Shown here: piece by piece, positions 18,677 to 27,595 of the stretch | Numbering within the stretch: the stretch's first letter is position 1 | How the letters are laid out: each line of letters begins with the position of its first letter | Notes under the pieces: model-generated | Told to the model about the DNA's origin: nothing | Databases searched by the model: none | Seen by the model: only the letters and a program-made list of their open reading frames with translations | From: Spirochaetota bacterium | GTDB lineage: Bacteria; Spirochaetota; Spirochaetia; Treponematales; UBA12059 | Length of the DNA stretch: 64,000 nucleotides | Reading direction: 5' to 3' | Assembly (NCBI GenBank): GCA_018816345.1 | Contig: JAHIWG010000166.1 | Span: 1 to 64,000, forward strand | Position numbers and translations under genes: made by a program

Positions 18677-21400
18677 CTATTTCTCCGTCAATGCGAATAC
18701 GCCGTCCCAATCCTGGGCGGGGGGCTTGAGCGTGAAGACCTCGCATTTCTTTATATACGACTTCGTCGGTCCGTCGTCCGGGCGTTCCGCGGAGAGCGCC
18801 TGAAGCAGACCGGCGGCCTTCCTCCAGTCGCGCGCGTCGAAGGCCTCGTGCGCCTCCTCGAAGCGGGCGAGGAAGTCGAGCGTATCGGCCGAGGCCTCGG
18901 ACCTGAAGCCTACGAGCTCCCACAGCTGGACCGGCGTGCTGATGCCTACGACCCGGACCTTATCGAACCTGCGCGCGAGGAACTCGTCGCCCGTCTCCTT
19001 GTAGGTCGCGTCAGACATCAGTATCCAGCTGCCGTACTGCTTGTTGACGCCCTCTAGGCGGGCCGCCAGGTTCACGGCGTTCCCCATGATCGTATAGTCC
19101 ATCTTGCGCTCGGTACCCATGTTGCCTACTACCATATCGCCGGTATTGAGCCCTATGCGCGTTAGGAGCGGGTTGGGCGTCATGCCTTCGGCCAGGAAGC
19201 GCTCGTTAAGCTCCGCTTCCTTCCGTTTCATGAGGATGGCCGAGCGGCAGGCGAGGGTAGCGTGCTCCTTGTAGCTCACCGGCGCCCCGAAGAACGAGAT
19301 GATAGCGTCGCCCTCGTACTTGTCTATCGTTCCGCGGTTCTCGAGTATGAGGTCGCTCATCCCCGATAGGTAGATATTGAGCAGCTTGACGAGCTGTTCC
19401 GCGTCCAGGGCCTCCGAGATGGTGGAGAAGCCGCGTACGTCTGTGAACATGGCCGTTATCCACTTCTTCTGGCCGCCGAGCTTGAGCATCGACGGGTCCG
19501 ATATTATCTCGTTGATCACGTCCCCGGACAGGTAGGTCCCGAAGGCCTTGCGGAGGAAGCTCTTCTCCCGTTCCGAGAGCAGGAACGAGAGGAGCGAGTA
19601 CGCGAGGAAGGACGCGAAGGTCGAGAGGATCGGCGACAGCACGGCGACGTACAGCCCCGTGAAGTGGAAGACGGCGTAGCATCCCACGGCCACGACGACG
19701 GTGGCGCCGAGGCCTACGAGGATCTGGTTCTTGGTCTGGAGGTTCCTGATCAGGAATAGCACGGCTCCCGCGAGGAGTATCGCCAGCAGCGATGAGACCC
19801 AGAGCGGCGCCTCCGACAGGAAATCCCGCTGAAGGATGGTGTTGGCCACCGCCGCGTGCGTGCCGACGTTCTCGTAGCTCTCGTCGAAGGGGTTCACTCC
19901 GAAATCCGTCGTGCCCGTGCTCGTCCATCCTATGATGCAGAAGGCTCCCGAGAGCTTGGCCCTGAGCCGCTCGTCGCGGTCGACGTGATTGGCGTAGCTC
20001 GTCTTGACGTTGTTCCACGACCTGACGAAGTCGTCCTTGATGGCGTCGTAGAGCGGGGCGTTGGCCGGGTCGTCGGAGTCCCGGGCCTGGTCGAACAGTA
20101 CGGCCACCGATTCCCCGTAGCCGAGTCCCAGGAACGCGCCCACGGTTTTCCAGTACTCGCGCCTGGCGGCGAGCCAGGCCAGGCTTCCTTCGGCGCCGCC
20201 CCCTGCCAGGGCCGCGTGCCTCAGCTCCTCGGAGACGTTCCACGCCTCTATGCACGCGTCTATAGGCGCGTAGCCGGGGCCGAGGGTCCAGCCCTGGTTC
20301 GACTTGAGCACGCGCAGGAGGCTGGCGGCGGACTCGCCGTCGGCCCGGTACGTGAGGAGCTCGTGGAACGCTATATGGTCGAAGCTCTCCATATATTCCC
20401 GCTTCGGCCATCGGATGAGCATCTTCCCGTCCTTATCCAGGGGGATGCGCACGTCTCGGACCCCGTCGGGGTAGACCGCGCCCTCGAGCGTTATTTCGCG
20501 ATCCCGTACCACGAGGGCGGGCTCGCCGAGCCTGCGCAAGAGGGGCGCCATGGCGAGCTGCAGGTAGTACGTGCCGCCCACGACGTCGACGAGCTGGATG
20601 CGCCTCCTGACGCCGTCGTTGTCTATCTCGACGTTAGTGAAGCCCGCGCTCTTCGACATCGTGCTGATCTCGGGAATGGGCGTGAGGAAATCCACGCTCT
20701 CGGTCTGGAGAGCGCCCTCTACGCGGATCTTCGAATAGCCGTATCGCTCCTTAGCTATCGCGGCGCGTTCGGCGTAGTCCCCGCCTGCTTGCACCTTCTG
20801 CATGTTGAGCGTAGTGTACGCGCTACCGAATAGCCTCATAGCCTGCCCTAGGTACTCGTCGTTCTCTATGGCCACGAGGCTCGTCTTGCCGTAGAGGCCC
20901 GATTTCGTGTCGTCGACGTACTCTATCAGGGCCTTTCCGTATTCGCCCGCGTCGGAGAGCGGTATGCGCTTCCCGGCCAGGGCCTGGAACACGTCGTCTA
21001 GGTTAGAGGTGATCTCCTCGAAAACCGTATCGAACTCCGTCCTGAGCGATCCGGTCAAGTACGTCGAGTCGACGGTCATGGGGCTCTTGTCGAGGTACTC
21101 GATATCGAATACCGCGTAGCCCGCGTCCAGTTCCGCGAGGGCCTCGAGGCCCTGGGCGAGCAATCCCCGCGGCCATGGGTAGGTACCAATCTTCTCTATG
21201 GACGTATCGTCTATATCGAGGAGCACGATAGACCGGTCCTGTTCCACCGCCGGCTTGAGGTGGAGGAACAGGTCGTACGCGCCGTTCTCCAGGTCGCGCC
21301 AGGCCGGTATAAGGTAGAGGAGGGCGAACATGACGCCGATAGCCAGGGGCGCGAATACGAGCCTGCGGGATACTTTCTTTTTCGGCATTTTCCACTCCAT
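18677..21400 (-). CDS. CHASE2 sensor-domain class III adenylate/guanylate cyclase
   Basis: N-terminal TM, large periplasmic region, multi-TM block, cyclase core AMFTDVRGFSTISE...KYEGDAIISFFGAP, C-terminal helical tail. Confidence 0.8.
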   Translation of the reverse strand: MEWKMPKKKVSRRLVFAPLAIGVMFALLYLIPAWRDLENGAYDLFLHLKPAVEQDRSIVLLDIDDTSIEKIGTYPWPRGLLAQGLEALAELDAGYAVFDIEYLDKSPMTVDSTYLTGSLRTEFDTVFEEITSNLDDVFQALAGKRIPLSDAGEYGKALIEYVDDTKSGLYGKTSLVAIENDEYLGQAMRLFGSAYTTLNMQKVQAGGDYAERAAIAKERYGYSKIRVEGALQTESVDFLTPIPEISTMSKSAGFTNVEIDNDGVRRRIQLVDVVGGTYYLQLAMAPLLRRLGEPALVVRDREITLEGAVYPDGVRDVRIPLDKDGKMLIRWPKREYMESFDHIAFHELLTYRADGESAASLLRVLKSNQGWTLGPGYAPIDACIEAWNVSEELRHAALAGGGAEGSLAWLAARREYWKTVGAFLGLGYGESVAVLFDQARDSDDPANAPLYDAIKDDFVRSWNNVKTSYANHVDRDERLRAKLSGAFCIIGWTSTGTTDFGVNPFDESYENVGTHAAVANTILQRDFLSEAPLWVSSLLAILLAGAVLFLIRNLQTKNQILVGLGATVVVAVGCYAVFHFTGLYVAVLSPILSTFASFLAYSLLSFLLSEREKSFLRKAFGTYLSGDVINEIISDPSMLKLGGQKKWITAMFTDVRGFSTISEALDAEQLVKLLNIYLSGMSDLILENRGTIDKYEGDAIISFFGAPVSYKEHATLACRSAILMKRKEAELNERFLAEGMTPNPLLTRIGLNTGDMVVGNMGTERKMDYTIMGNAVNLAARLEGVNKQYGSWILMSDATYKETGDEFLARRFDKVRVVGISTPVQLWELVGFRSEASADTLDFLARFEEAHEAFDARDWRKAAGLLQALSAERPDDGPTKSYIKKCEVFTLKPPAQDWDGVFALTEK

Positions 21401-21459
21401 TGCTTTAAAATCATACGGGCCGTAGTATACTACTCGATATTCTTATTGTAAGGTGCAAT

Positions 21460-21912
21460 ATGAGACGTATCCATGTACTATTCGGCCTGCTGACGGCCGT
21501 CGCGGCCGGAGCGTTCTGTCAATCGAACGAGTTTATCGATAGGCTCCTCGAGTCCGATTCCATGACGACCGGCCAGGCCGCGTACCTCGTCCTCGTCGCC
21601 TCCGACAATCTCGGGGAGGACGCCGACGAGGCGAGGGCCTTCGAGCTCCTGGAGAATTTCGGATGGGTGCCAAGGGGAGCGACGATAGACGCCCCCATCC
21701 TCATCAAGGACTATTCCTACCTCCTCATGAAGGCGTTCGGACTCAACGGCGGGATGCTATACGCCATGTTCCCCGGTCCGAGGTACGCCTATCGCCAGCT
21801 AGTAGCGAGCCTCGTCATCCAGGGCCGATCCGATCCTGATATGACGCTATCGGGTTCCTTCGCGGTCAGGATACTGGGCCGCGTATTCGACGTGAAGGGA
21901 ATATCGCAATGA
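21460..21912 (+). CDS. Small secreted hypothetical protein
   Basis: Signal peptide. 4-nt overlap with the next gene. Confidence 0.45.
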   Translation: MRRIHVLFGLLTAVAAGAFCQSNEFIDRLLESDSMTTGQAAYLVLVASDNLGEDADEARAFELLENFGWVPRGATIDAPILIKDYSYLLMKAFGLNGGMLYAMFPGPRYAYRQLVASLVIQGRSDPDMTLSGSFAVRILGRVFDVKGISQ

Positions 21913-23111
21913 ACCGCAGATACCTGCCGGCGCTCGTAGCCGTCCTGGCCTCGCTCGTCGCGCCCGCGACGGCGCTGGATTTCGGCGCGTTCATCCTCAA
22001 CGGCACGAGGCTGTCGGGGGACGGCGCCGCGCTTAGCCTATCGCAGGAGGATCAGGTCGTCGCCTGGATCTCGATGCCCGTCGGGGCCTCGTCGTCGCTC
22101 TACGCCTCGGCGCGCTATCAGTTCTACGGGGACTTCTACCTTTCGCCCAGCGCCGCGCCGGCGCTCGTCCCGTACTTGTTCACGGCTGGGCGCGTGGAGT
22201 GGGAGGGCTTCCATAGCCTCGGCGACAAATCGAGCGTCAAGTGGTCGATCGGCCGCGTCCCGTTCCAGGATTTCTCCGGTCGCGTCGTCAACGGCCTCCT
22301 CGACGGGGCGAAGGCGGAGCTCTCCGTCGGTACCGTTCAGGCGAGCGCCGCGGTCGCGTATACCGGGCTGACCTTCAAGGACGACGCGAAGATCCTCATC
22401 GACGCGGACGACGAGGCCCGCTGGGCCGATACCGCCGCCGGATGGCCTTCGGATTTCGCCGTCGGCAGGCTCGTCGCTTCGCTAGGCGCGCGGTTCATAG
22501 AGCTGCTCCCCAAGCACGACTTCGGGTTGGAGGCCTGGGCCCAATTCGACCTGGATACGGCCGGTACCGTTATAACGAACACCCAGTACGCCGAGCCGTA
22601 TATCGAGGGACGAATCGGCAGGGCGCTAAGGTGGCGCCTGTGGGCCGCCGCGGAGTTCGGGCAGGATCCTTCCTTCTTCTACGCCATGGCCGCCGGCGCC
22701 AGGCTTCGCCTGGCCCTTCCCGAGGTCCTCGGGCTCCGCGTCACCGCCTCTAGCGCGTGGGCGGGAGGGGACTACGACGCAGGCGGCGTCATGAGGGCCT
22801 TCAAGCCCATTACTGCGGGATCCCTCGCCATGATAGGCAGCGCCGCGTTCTCCGACGCGATGAACGTCTCCCTGGACGCCTCCGTTTCCCCGTGGCGGGG
22901 ACTGTCGGTCGGTTCCAACGTCGCGGGCGTCTTGTCGCCCGGCGCGGCCGATCCCTACCTCGGCCTCGACGCTTCCGCGCGGGTGTCGTTCGCCCCGTTT
23001 AACGATTTATCCGCGTCGCTCTCCGGCGGCGTCTTCATGCCCAATACGGTCGCAGACCCCGATTCGAGCCTCTCGTGGTCGGTGTCGCTGTCCGCCCAGG
23101 TCCGGCTATGA
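21909..23111 (+). CDS. Secreted hypothetical protein, possible beta-barrel
   Basis: Signal peptide LASLVAPATA. Alternating hydrophobic pattern. No recognisable catalytic motifs. Confidence 0.45.
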   Translation: MNRRYLPALVAVLASLVAPATALDFGAFILNGTRLSGDGAALSLSQEDQVVAWISMPVGASSSLYASARYQFYGDFYLSPSAAPALVPYLFTAGRVEWEGFHSLGDKSSVKWSIGRVPFQDFSGRVVNGLLDGAKAELSVGTVQASAAVAYTGLTFKDDAKILIDADDEARWADTAAGWPSDFAVGRLVASLGARFIELLPKHDFGLEAWAQFDLDTAGTVITNTQYAEPYIEGRIGRALRWRLWAAAEFGQDPSFFYAMAAGARLRLALPEVLGLRVTASSAWAGGDYDAGGVMRAFKPITAGSLAMIGSAAFSDAMNVSLDASVSPWRGLSVGSNVAGVLSPGAADPYLGLDASARVSFAPFNDLSASLSGGVFMPNTVADPDSSLSWSVSLSAQVRL

Positions 23112-23179
23112 CGCGCGGGCGCTCTATGCCGCGGCGCGCGCCCCGCGCAACCGCGGGCGGCGAAAGGAAACGGTACATC

Positions 23180-23878
23180 ATGAACAAGAAGGCTATTCTA
23201 GCTGGAGCGATGCTTACCATGGCGATTTCACTCGCCATGGCCGCTACCTCTAACGCGACCATCGTGGAGATCGCGGGAAAGGTCGAGTACCTGGTTCCCG
23301 GAAAGGACTGGCGCCCCGCCAAGGCCGGCGACGTGATCCCGAGAGGTACGATAGTGTCCACCGGGTTCAAGAGCACGGCCATCCTCAGGGTCGGTACGTC
23401 AACCGTGACCGTGAAGCCGATCACGAGGCTCTCCCTCGACGAGATACTGCAGACGTCGAGCGGGACTCAGACCCAGCTCTTCCTCCTGGCCGGCCGCGTA
23501 AAGGCGGACGTGGCTCCTCAGGCCGGGCAGACGACCGAATTCCAGGTAAAGAGCGCGACCGCGACCGCGTCGGTCCGCGGTACCGGATTCGAGTTCGACG
23601 GCATCAACCTCCTCGTCGACAAGGGGCTCGTCCAGCTGCGGACGCCCTCGGGAATGATCCGCTACGTCGGCGCCGGGGAATTCAGCTACGTTTCCGTCAG
23701 CGGCGGAGTCTCGGCCCCCGCCGCGGTCTCGCTCGAGGACGGCCTCGACCGCGTAGACGAGCTCGTCGACCAAGCCGATCAGGAATCGTCCTCCGCGATC
23801 AGCGCGCCTGATTCGCTCATAGGGGTTCTCGATCCGCCGATCACCGAGAGCGCCACCGTTACGATAACGATAGAATAA
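23180..23878 (+). CDS. FecR-domain secreted protein
   Basis: MNKKAILAGAMLTMAISLAMA signal, then GDVIPRGTIVSTGFKSTAILRVGTSTVTV ... SVRGTGFEF (FecR-fold repeats). The listed ORF start at 23075 is an upstream extension. Confidence 0.6.
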   Translation: MNKKAILAGAMLTMAISLAMAATSNATIVEIAGKVEYLVPGKDWRPAKAGDVIPRGTIVSTGFKSTAILRVGTSTVTVKPITRLSLDEILQTSSGTQTQLFLLAGRVKADVAPQAGQTTEFQVKSATATASVRGTGFEFDGINLLVDKGLVQLRTPSGMIRYVGAGEFSYVSVSGGVSAPAAVSLEDGLDRVDELVDQADQESSSAISAPDSLIGVLDPPITESATVTITIE

Positions 23879-23900
23879 CTGCATTAGTCCCGGGAGATCG

Positions 23901-23931
23901 AGGCCGTCGGCGTAAGCCGGCGGCTTTTTTT
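23901..23931 (+). terminator. Intrinsic terminator after the FecR gene
   Basis: GCCGTCGGC-gtaa-GCCGGCGGC followed by T7. Confidence 0.5.
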
Positions 23932-23936
23932 ATGCC

Positions 23937-23990
23937 TTGACAACGTTACGGCAATGTACTAATTTATGATTGTACTATAAGACTAGTACA
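23937..23990 (+). promoter_or_regulatory. Promoter (TTGACA-17-TAATTT) overlapping a perfect inverted repeat TGTACTA-N6-TAGTACA (23971-23990); candidate GntR autoregulatory operator
   Basis: Direct reading. An additional half-site ATGTACTAA lies at 23955-23963. The palindrome is immediately 5' of the GntR gene. Confidence 0.5.
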
Positions 23991-24025
23991 ATATGACTAA
24001 TCCAATGGATATAGGAGGTCGCCAC

Positions 24026-24445
24026 GTGGCTCCAGCGCCTGAAAGGAAGCCTATTCAGTTCAGCCTCGACCCCAAGAGCGGCGTGCCGTTCTATAAGCAG
24101 ATAATCCTGCAAGTGGAGTTCGCCATCGCCGACGGCCGCTTCTTGACCGGAGACCAGCTTCCTACGGTACGGAGCCTGGCGGTGGACCTCAAGATCAATC
24201 CTAATACGGTGGCGCGCGCCTACAACGAGATGGAGATACGAGGCATCGTCAATACCCAGCAGGGTACGGGCACGTTCATAGGGGACAAGGAGCTACGGCT
24301 TACCGAGGTGGAGCGCGAGGGCATGCTGGAGAGTCTCGTGAGGCCGTTCGTGGCAAAGGTGTCCAGCTACGGCTTTACCATGGAGGAGACGCTCGCCGCC
24401 GTTCGCGAGGGATGTCAGGGCCTGATGCAAGGAGTGGAGGAATAG
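24026..24445 (+). CDS. YtrA-subfamily GntR transcriptional regulator (short effector domain)
   Basis: HTH PTVRSLAVDLKINPNTVARAYNEME. GGAGG RBS then GTG at 24026 (in-frame ATG at 23993 lacks an RBS). Confidence 0.7.
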   Translation: MAPAPERKPIQFSLDPKSGVPFYKQIILQVEFAIADGRFLTGDQLPTVRSLAVDLKINPNTVARAYNEMEIRGIVNTQQGTGTFIGDKELRLTEVEREGMLESLVRPFVAKVSSYGFTMEETLAAVREGCQGLMQGVEE

Positions 24446-24447
24446 CT

Positions 24448-25629
24448 ATGGATATTTTCGGCTTCGGAGCCAAGAAGGACGCCGCGCCCAACCCGCGCAT
24501 CGTCAATCCGCCGACCCGGAGGCGCGGTGGCGATTTTTCGTTCGGTATATTCTCCTTCCTTTTCATGATCGCGCTGGCCTCGATAGGCGCGGCCGTAGGG
24601 GGAATAGCGTTCGGGAGCCTGAGTCCCGCGGTCCTCATAAGGGGCTACGCCGCGCTGGCCCTGGCGGCGCTGGTGTACGCGGTGTACCCGAGCTGGAACG
24701 CGTTCCTCTACGCGCTGCTCCTCGTGCTGGCGGCGCTCTTCGCCGCGACGGGCCTCCGCGGCGAGTGGGCCCTGCTGGGCTACGAGCTCGACGCGTCCCA
24801 GATGCCGTTCATTCTCGGGGTGCTCGCCGCGGTGATCGTCGGCCCGTCGGTCCAGGTCGTCGCCCAGTGGGATAAGGCCCTCGTCCTGAGGCTGGGCCGC
24901 TTCCATAAGGTGAAGGGGCCGGGGCTCTTCGCGCTGGCGCCGCTCCTGGACCGCTGCGCCGCCGTCGTCGATACCCGCATCCGCGTAACCGATTTCAGCG
25001 CCGAGCGGATACTGACGAAGGACACCGTGCCCATACACGTCGACGCCCTGGCGTTCTGGATGATTTGGGACGCCCAGAAGGCCATCCTCGAGGTCGAGGA
25101 CTTCCTCGAGGCGGTTACGCTCTCGGCCCAGACGGCCTTGCGGGATTCGGTCGGCAAGTACAGCCTCACGACGCTGCTATCCGAGAGGGAAACGCTATAC
25201 CGGGAAATCCAGAGCATTCTCGACGCCAAGACCAACCCCTGGGGCATAACCATCCTGAGCGTCGAATTCGTGGACATTCAGCTTCCCAAGGATCTCGAGG
25301 ACGTGATGAGCCGGCAGGCCCAGGCCGAGCGGGAGAAGAAGTCGCGCCTGCTCCTCGCCGAGGCGGAGCAGGAGATAGCCGGGAAGTTCGTGGCGGCGGC
25401 CGCCGCCTACGAGGGCCATCCCGAGGCGCTCAACCTGCGCGGCATGAATATGGTGTACGACGCGATGAAGGCCAGGGGTAGCATGGTGCTCCTGCCTTCC
25501 AACGCGCTGCAGGGCATGAATATGGGATCGGTCCTGGGGACCGTCGGCCTGGCCAAGTCCTCCTCGGGCGCGGCCGCGCTAGGCGACTCCCCGGGGCGAG
25601 CCGAATCGATCGAAACAGAGGAGGCCTAA
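24448..25629 (+). CDS. SPFH/band-7 (stomatin/HflKC-like) membrane protein with N-terminal multi-TM region
   Basis: GGAGGA RBS. TM block, then QVVAQWDKALVLRLGRFHKVKGPGLFALAPLLD...TKDTVPIHVDALAFWMIWD (SPFH fold), then coiled-coil QAQAEREKKSRLLLAEAEQE. Confidence 0.7.
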   Translation: MDIFGFGAKKDAAPNPRIVNPPTRRRGGDFSFGIFSFLFMIALASIGAAVGGIAFGSLSPAVLIRGYAALALAALVYAVYPSWNAFLYALLLVLAALFAATGLRGEWALLGYELDASQMPFILGVLAAVIVGPSVQVVAQWDKALVLRLGRFHKVKGPGLFALAPLLDRCAAVVDTRIRVTDFSAERILTKDTVPIHVDALAFWMIWDAQKAILEVEDFLEAVTLSAQTALRDSVGKYSLTTLLSERETLYREIQSILDAKTNPWGITILSVEFVDIQLPKDLEDVMSRQAQAEREKKSRLLLAEAEQEIAGKFVAAAAAYEGHPEALNLRGMNMVYDAMKARGSMVLLPSNALQGMNMGSVLGTVGLAKSSSGAAALGDSPGRAESIETEEA

Positions 25630-25630
25630 G

Positions 25631-26320
25631 ATGGCTAGCATCCTGCGCTTGCAATCCGTCACGAAGATCTATAAGAAGGGCGAGAACGAGGTGAAGGCGC
25701 TCGCCGGAGTCGATATCGATATCGACGAGGGGGAGTTCCTCGCGGTAGTCGGGCCTTCGGGCTCCGGTAAGACGACGCTGCTCAATATCGTAGGCTGCCT
25801 CGACTCGCCGACGTCGGGATCGGTGCTCTATAACGGGCAGGTCCTTGGCGGCATGAAGGAGAACGAGCTGTCCGACTACCGGAAGAAGCATATTTCGTTC
25901 ATCTTCCAGTCGTACAACCTCATCCCCGTGCTGACCGTCCGCGAGAACGTCGAGCTGCCCCTCGTCATAGAGCGCAAGCTCGGCAAGGACGAGATCCGGG
26001 CGAGGGCCGACGAGGTGATAGCCTCCGTCGGGCTCGAGGGCCTCGGCGACCGCTACCCGAGGGAGCTGTCGGGGGGGCAGGAGCAGCGCGTCGCCATCGC
26101 CCGCGCCCTGGTCAAGGAGCCGTACATCGTGCTCGCCGACGAGCCGACGGCCAACCTGGACTCCCATACGGCCGAGGAGATAGTCGACATCATGCGCGAG
26201 ATCAACAAGGCCAAGGGAGCCACCTTCATTTTCAGCACGCACGACGCCCTGGTGCAGAGGCACGCGCGGCGCGTGATAACCATCCGCGACGGGCTCGTGC
26301 ACTCCGACGAGCGGAAGTAA
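25631..26320 (+). CDS. ABC transporter ATP-binding protein (LolD/MacB-type)
   Basis: Walker A GPSGSGKTT, signature LSGGQEQR, Walker B IVLADEPT. 1-nt gap from the upstream gene. Confidence 0.9.
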   Translation: MASILRLQSVTKIYKKGENEVKALAGVDIDIDEGEFLAVVGPSGSGKTTLLNIVGCLDSPTSGSVLYNGQVLGGMKENELSDYRKKHISFIFQSYNLIPVLTVRENVELPLVIERKLGKDEIRARADEVIASVGLEGLGDRYPRELSGGQEQRVAIARALVKEPYIVLADEPTANLDSHTAEEIVDIMREINKAKGATFIFSTHDALVQRHARRVITIRDGLVHSDERK

Positions 26321-26331
26321 GGGGGCGCTAA

Positions 26332-27582
26332 ATGGGAACCCTATTCAAGATAGCCTGGCGAAACGTCTGGCGGCACGGGAAGCGTACCGCCCTGACCATC
26401 GTCACGATGGCCTTCGGCCTGGGCCTGTATATAGGGATGGATTCCTTGCTCAAGGGCATGGACCGCGGAGGCCTCGACAATATCGTCAACCTATCGGATT
26501 CCTCCGTGCGCGTAACGACGGCGAAGTACGAGGAGGAGCGCCGCAGCTTCCCCCTCGAGTACGGCCTGGCGGATCCGGCCGGCCTCGAGGCTTACATCAA
26601 GAAGGACCCCCGCGTGGAGGCCGTGAGCCTGCGGACGCGTTTCGTGGGCAGCATGTCGAACGGCACGGACTCCATCCCCGTGATGGCCGTCGCCGTCGAT
26701 CCGGCGCTCGACGCCGAGGTGTTCACGCTTACTGACTTCGTCGAGGGATCGTGGTTCGGCGACGGGGGCGAGCGCGACGTCGTGCTAGGCTACGGCCTGG
26801 CGGAGGACCTGGGACTGCGGCTCGGCGACTGGGTGACGCTCTCCGCGCGGACGCGCTACGAGGCGCAGAACGCCGACGACTTCCGCGTCATCGGCCTCAT
26901 CGACAGCACCGAGCCCGGCATAAACAATAGCGGGGTGTACGTAGAGTTCGCGGACGCCGAGGAGTTCATCGAGCTCGAGGGCCTGCGTACCGAGGTCGTG
27001 GTCAAGATGGCCCGCCGCGTCAACCTCAAGGACGCGATGGCCGATTCCGACGCCCTCGCGGCGGCGATTGAACGCGACTACCCGGAGCTCAGCGCCGTGA
27101 GCTTCGGCGAGGTCGGCCGCTCGTTCCTCGAGCTCGCCAAGGCCAAGTCGAAGTCGATCGGCATGATCATAGTCGTGATGATGCTGATAGCCGGGATAGG
27201 CATAGCCAATACGATCCTCATGAGCGTCTACTCGCGCGTGCGGGAGATAGGCGTCCTCCGCGCGTTCGGCTTCACGCCGAAGGAGATATCGCGGCTATTC
27301 CTTATAGAGGGCGGCATCATCGGGTTCGTAGGCTCGCTGGCCGGCGTGGTCATGGGCCTGGCGCTCGATCTGTACATGATATACGTCGGTTTCGACCTCG
27401 ACGCGATGCTCAAGGGCGCGGACATGGGCATACCCATCTGGGGAACGCTGCGCGGCGAATGGAACCCGTCGCAGTTCGCGGTGATAGTCGTCGTCGGCGT
27501 CGCCGTGGCGCTGATCTCCAGCCGCTCGCCCGCCAGGCGGGCGTCGAGGATGGAAGTCACCAACGCCCTGCGATTCGTGTAA
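26332..27582 (+). CDS. ABC transporter permease, FtsX/MacB-like
   Basis: N-terminal TM, large periplasmic domain, three C-terminal TM helices (FtsX fold). Confidence 0.8.
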   Translation: MGTLFKIAWRNVWRHGKRTALTIVTMAFGLGLYIGMDSLLKGMDRGGLDNIVNLSDSSVRVTTAKYEEERRSFPLEYGLADPAGLEAYIKKDPRVEAVSLRTRFVGSMSNGTDSIPVMAVAVDPALDAEVFTLTDFVEGSWFGDGGERDVVLGYGLAEDLGLRLGDWVTLSARTRYEAQNADDFRVIGLIDSTEPGINNSGVYVEFADAEEFIELEGLRTEVVVKMARRVNLKDAMADSDALAAAIERDYPELSAVSFGEVGRSFLELAKAKSKSIGMIIVVMMLIAGIGIANTILMSVYSRVREIGVLRAFGFTPKEISRLFLIEGGIIGFVGSLAGVVMGLALDLYMIYVGFDLDAMLKGADMGIPIWGTLRGEWNPSQFAVIVVVGVAVALISSRSPARRASRMEVTNALRFV

Positions 27583-27595
27583 AGGAAGGCAGCCA

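Noticed and set aside
18531-18680. CRISPR array
   Set aside because: Only two repeat copies, 57 bp each with a 25-bp spacer, and internal palindromes typical of REP/terminator elements. No cas genes in the window.
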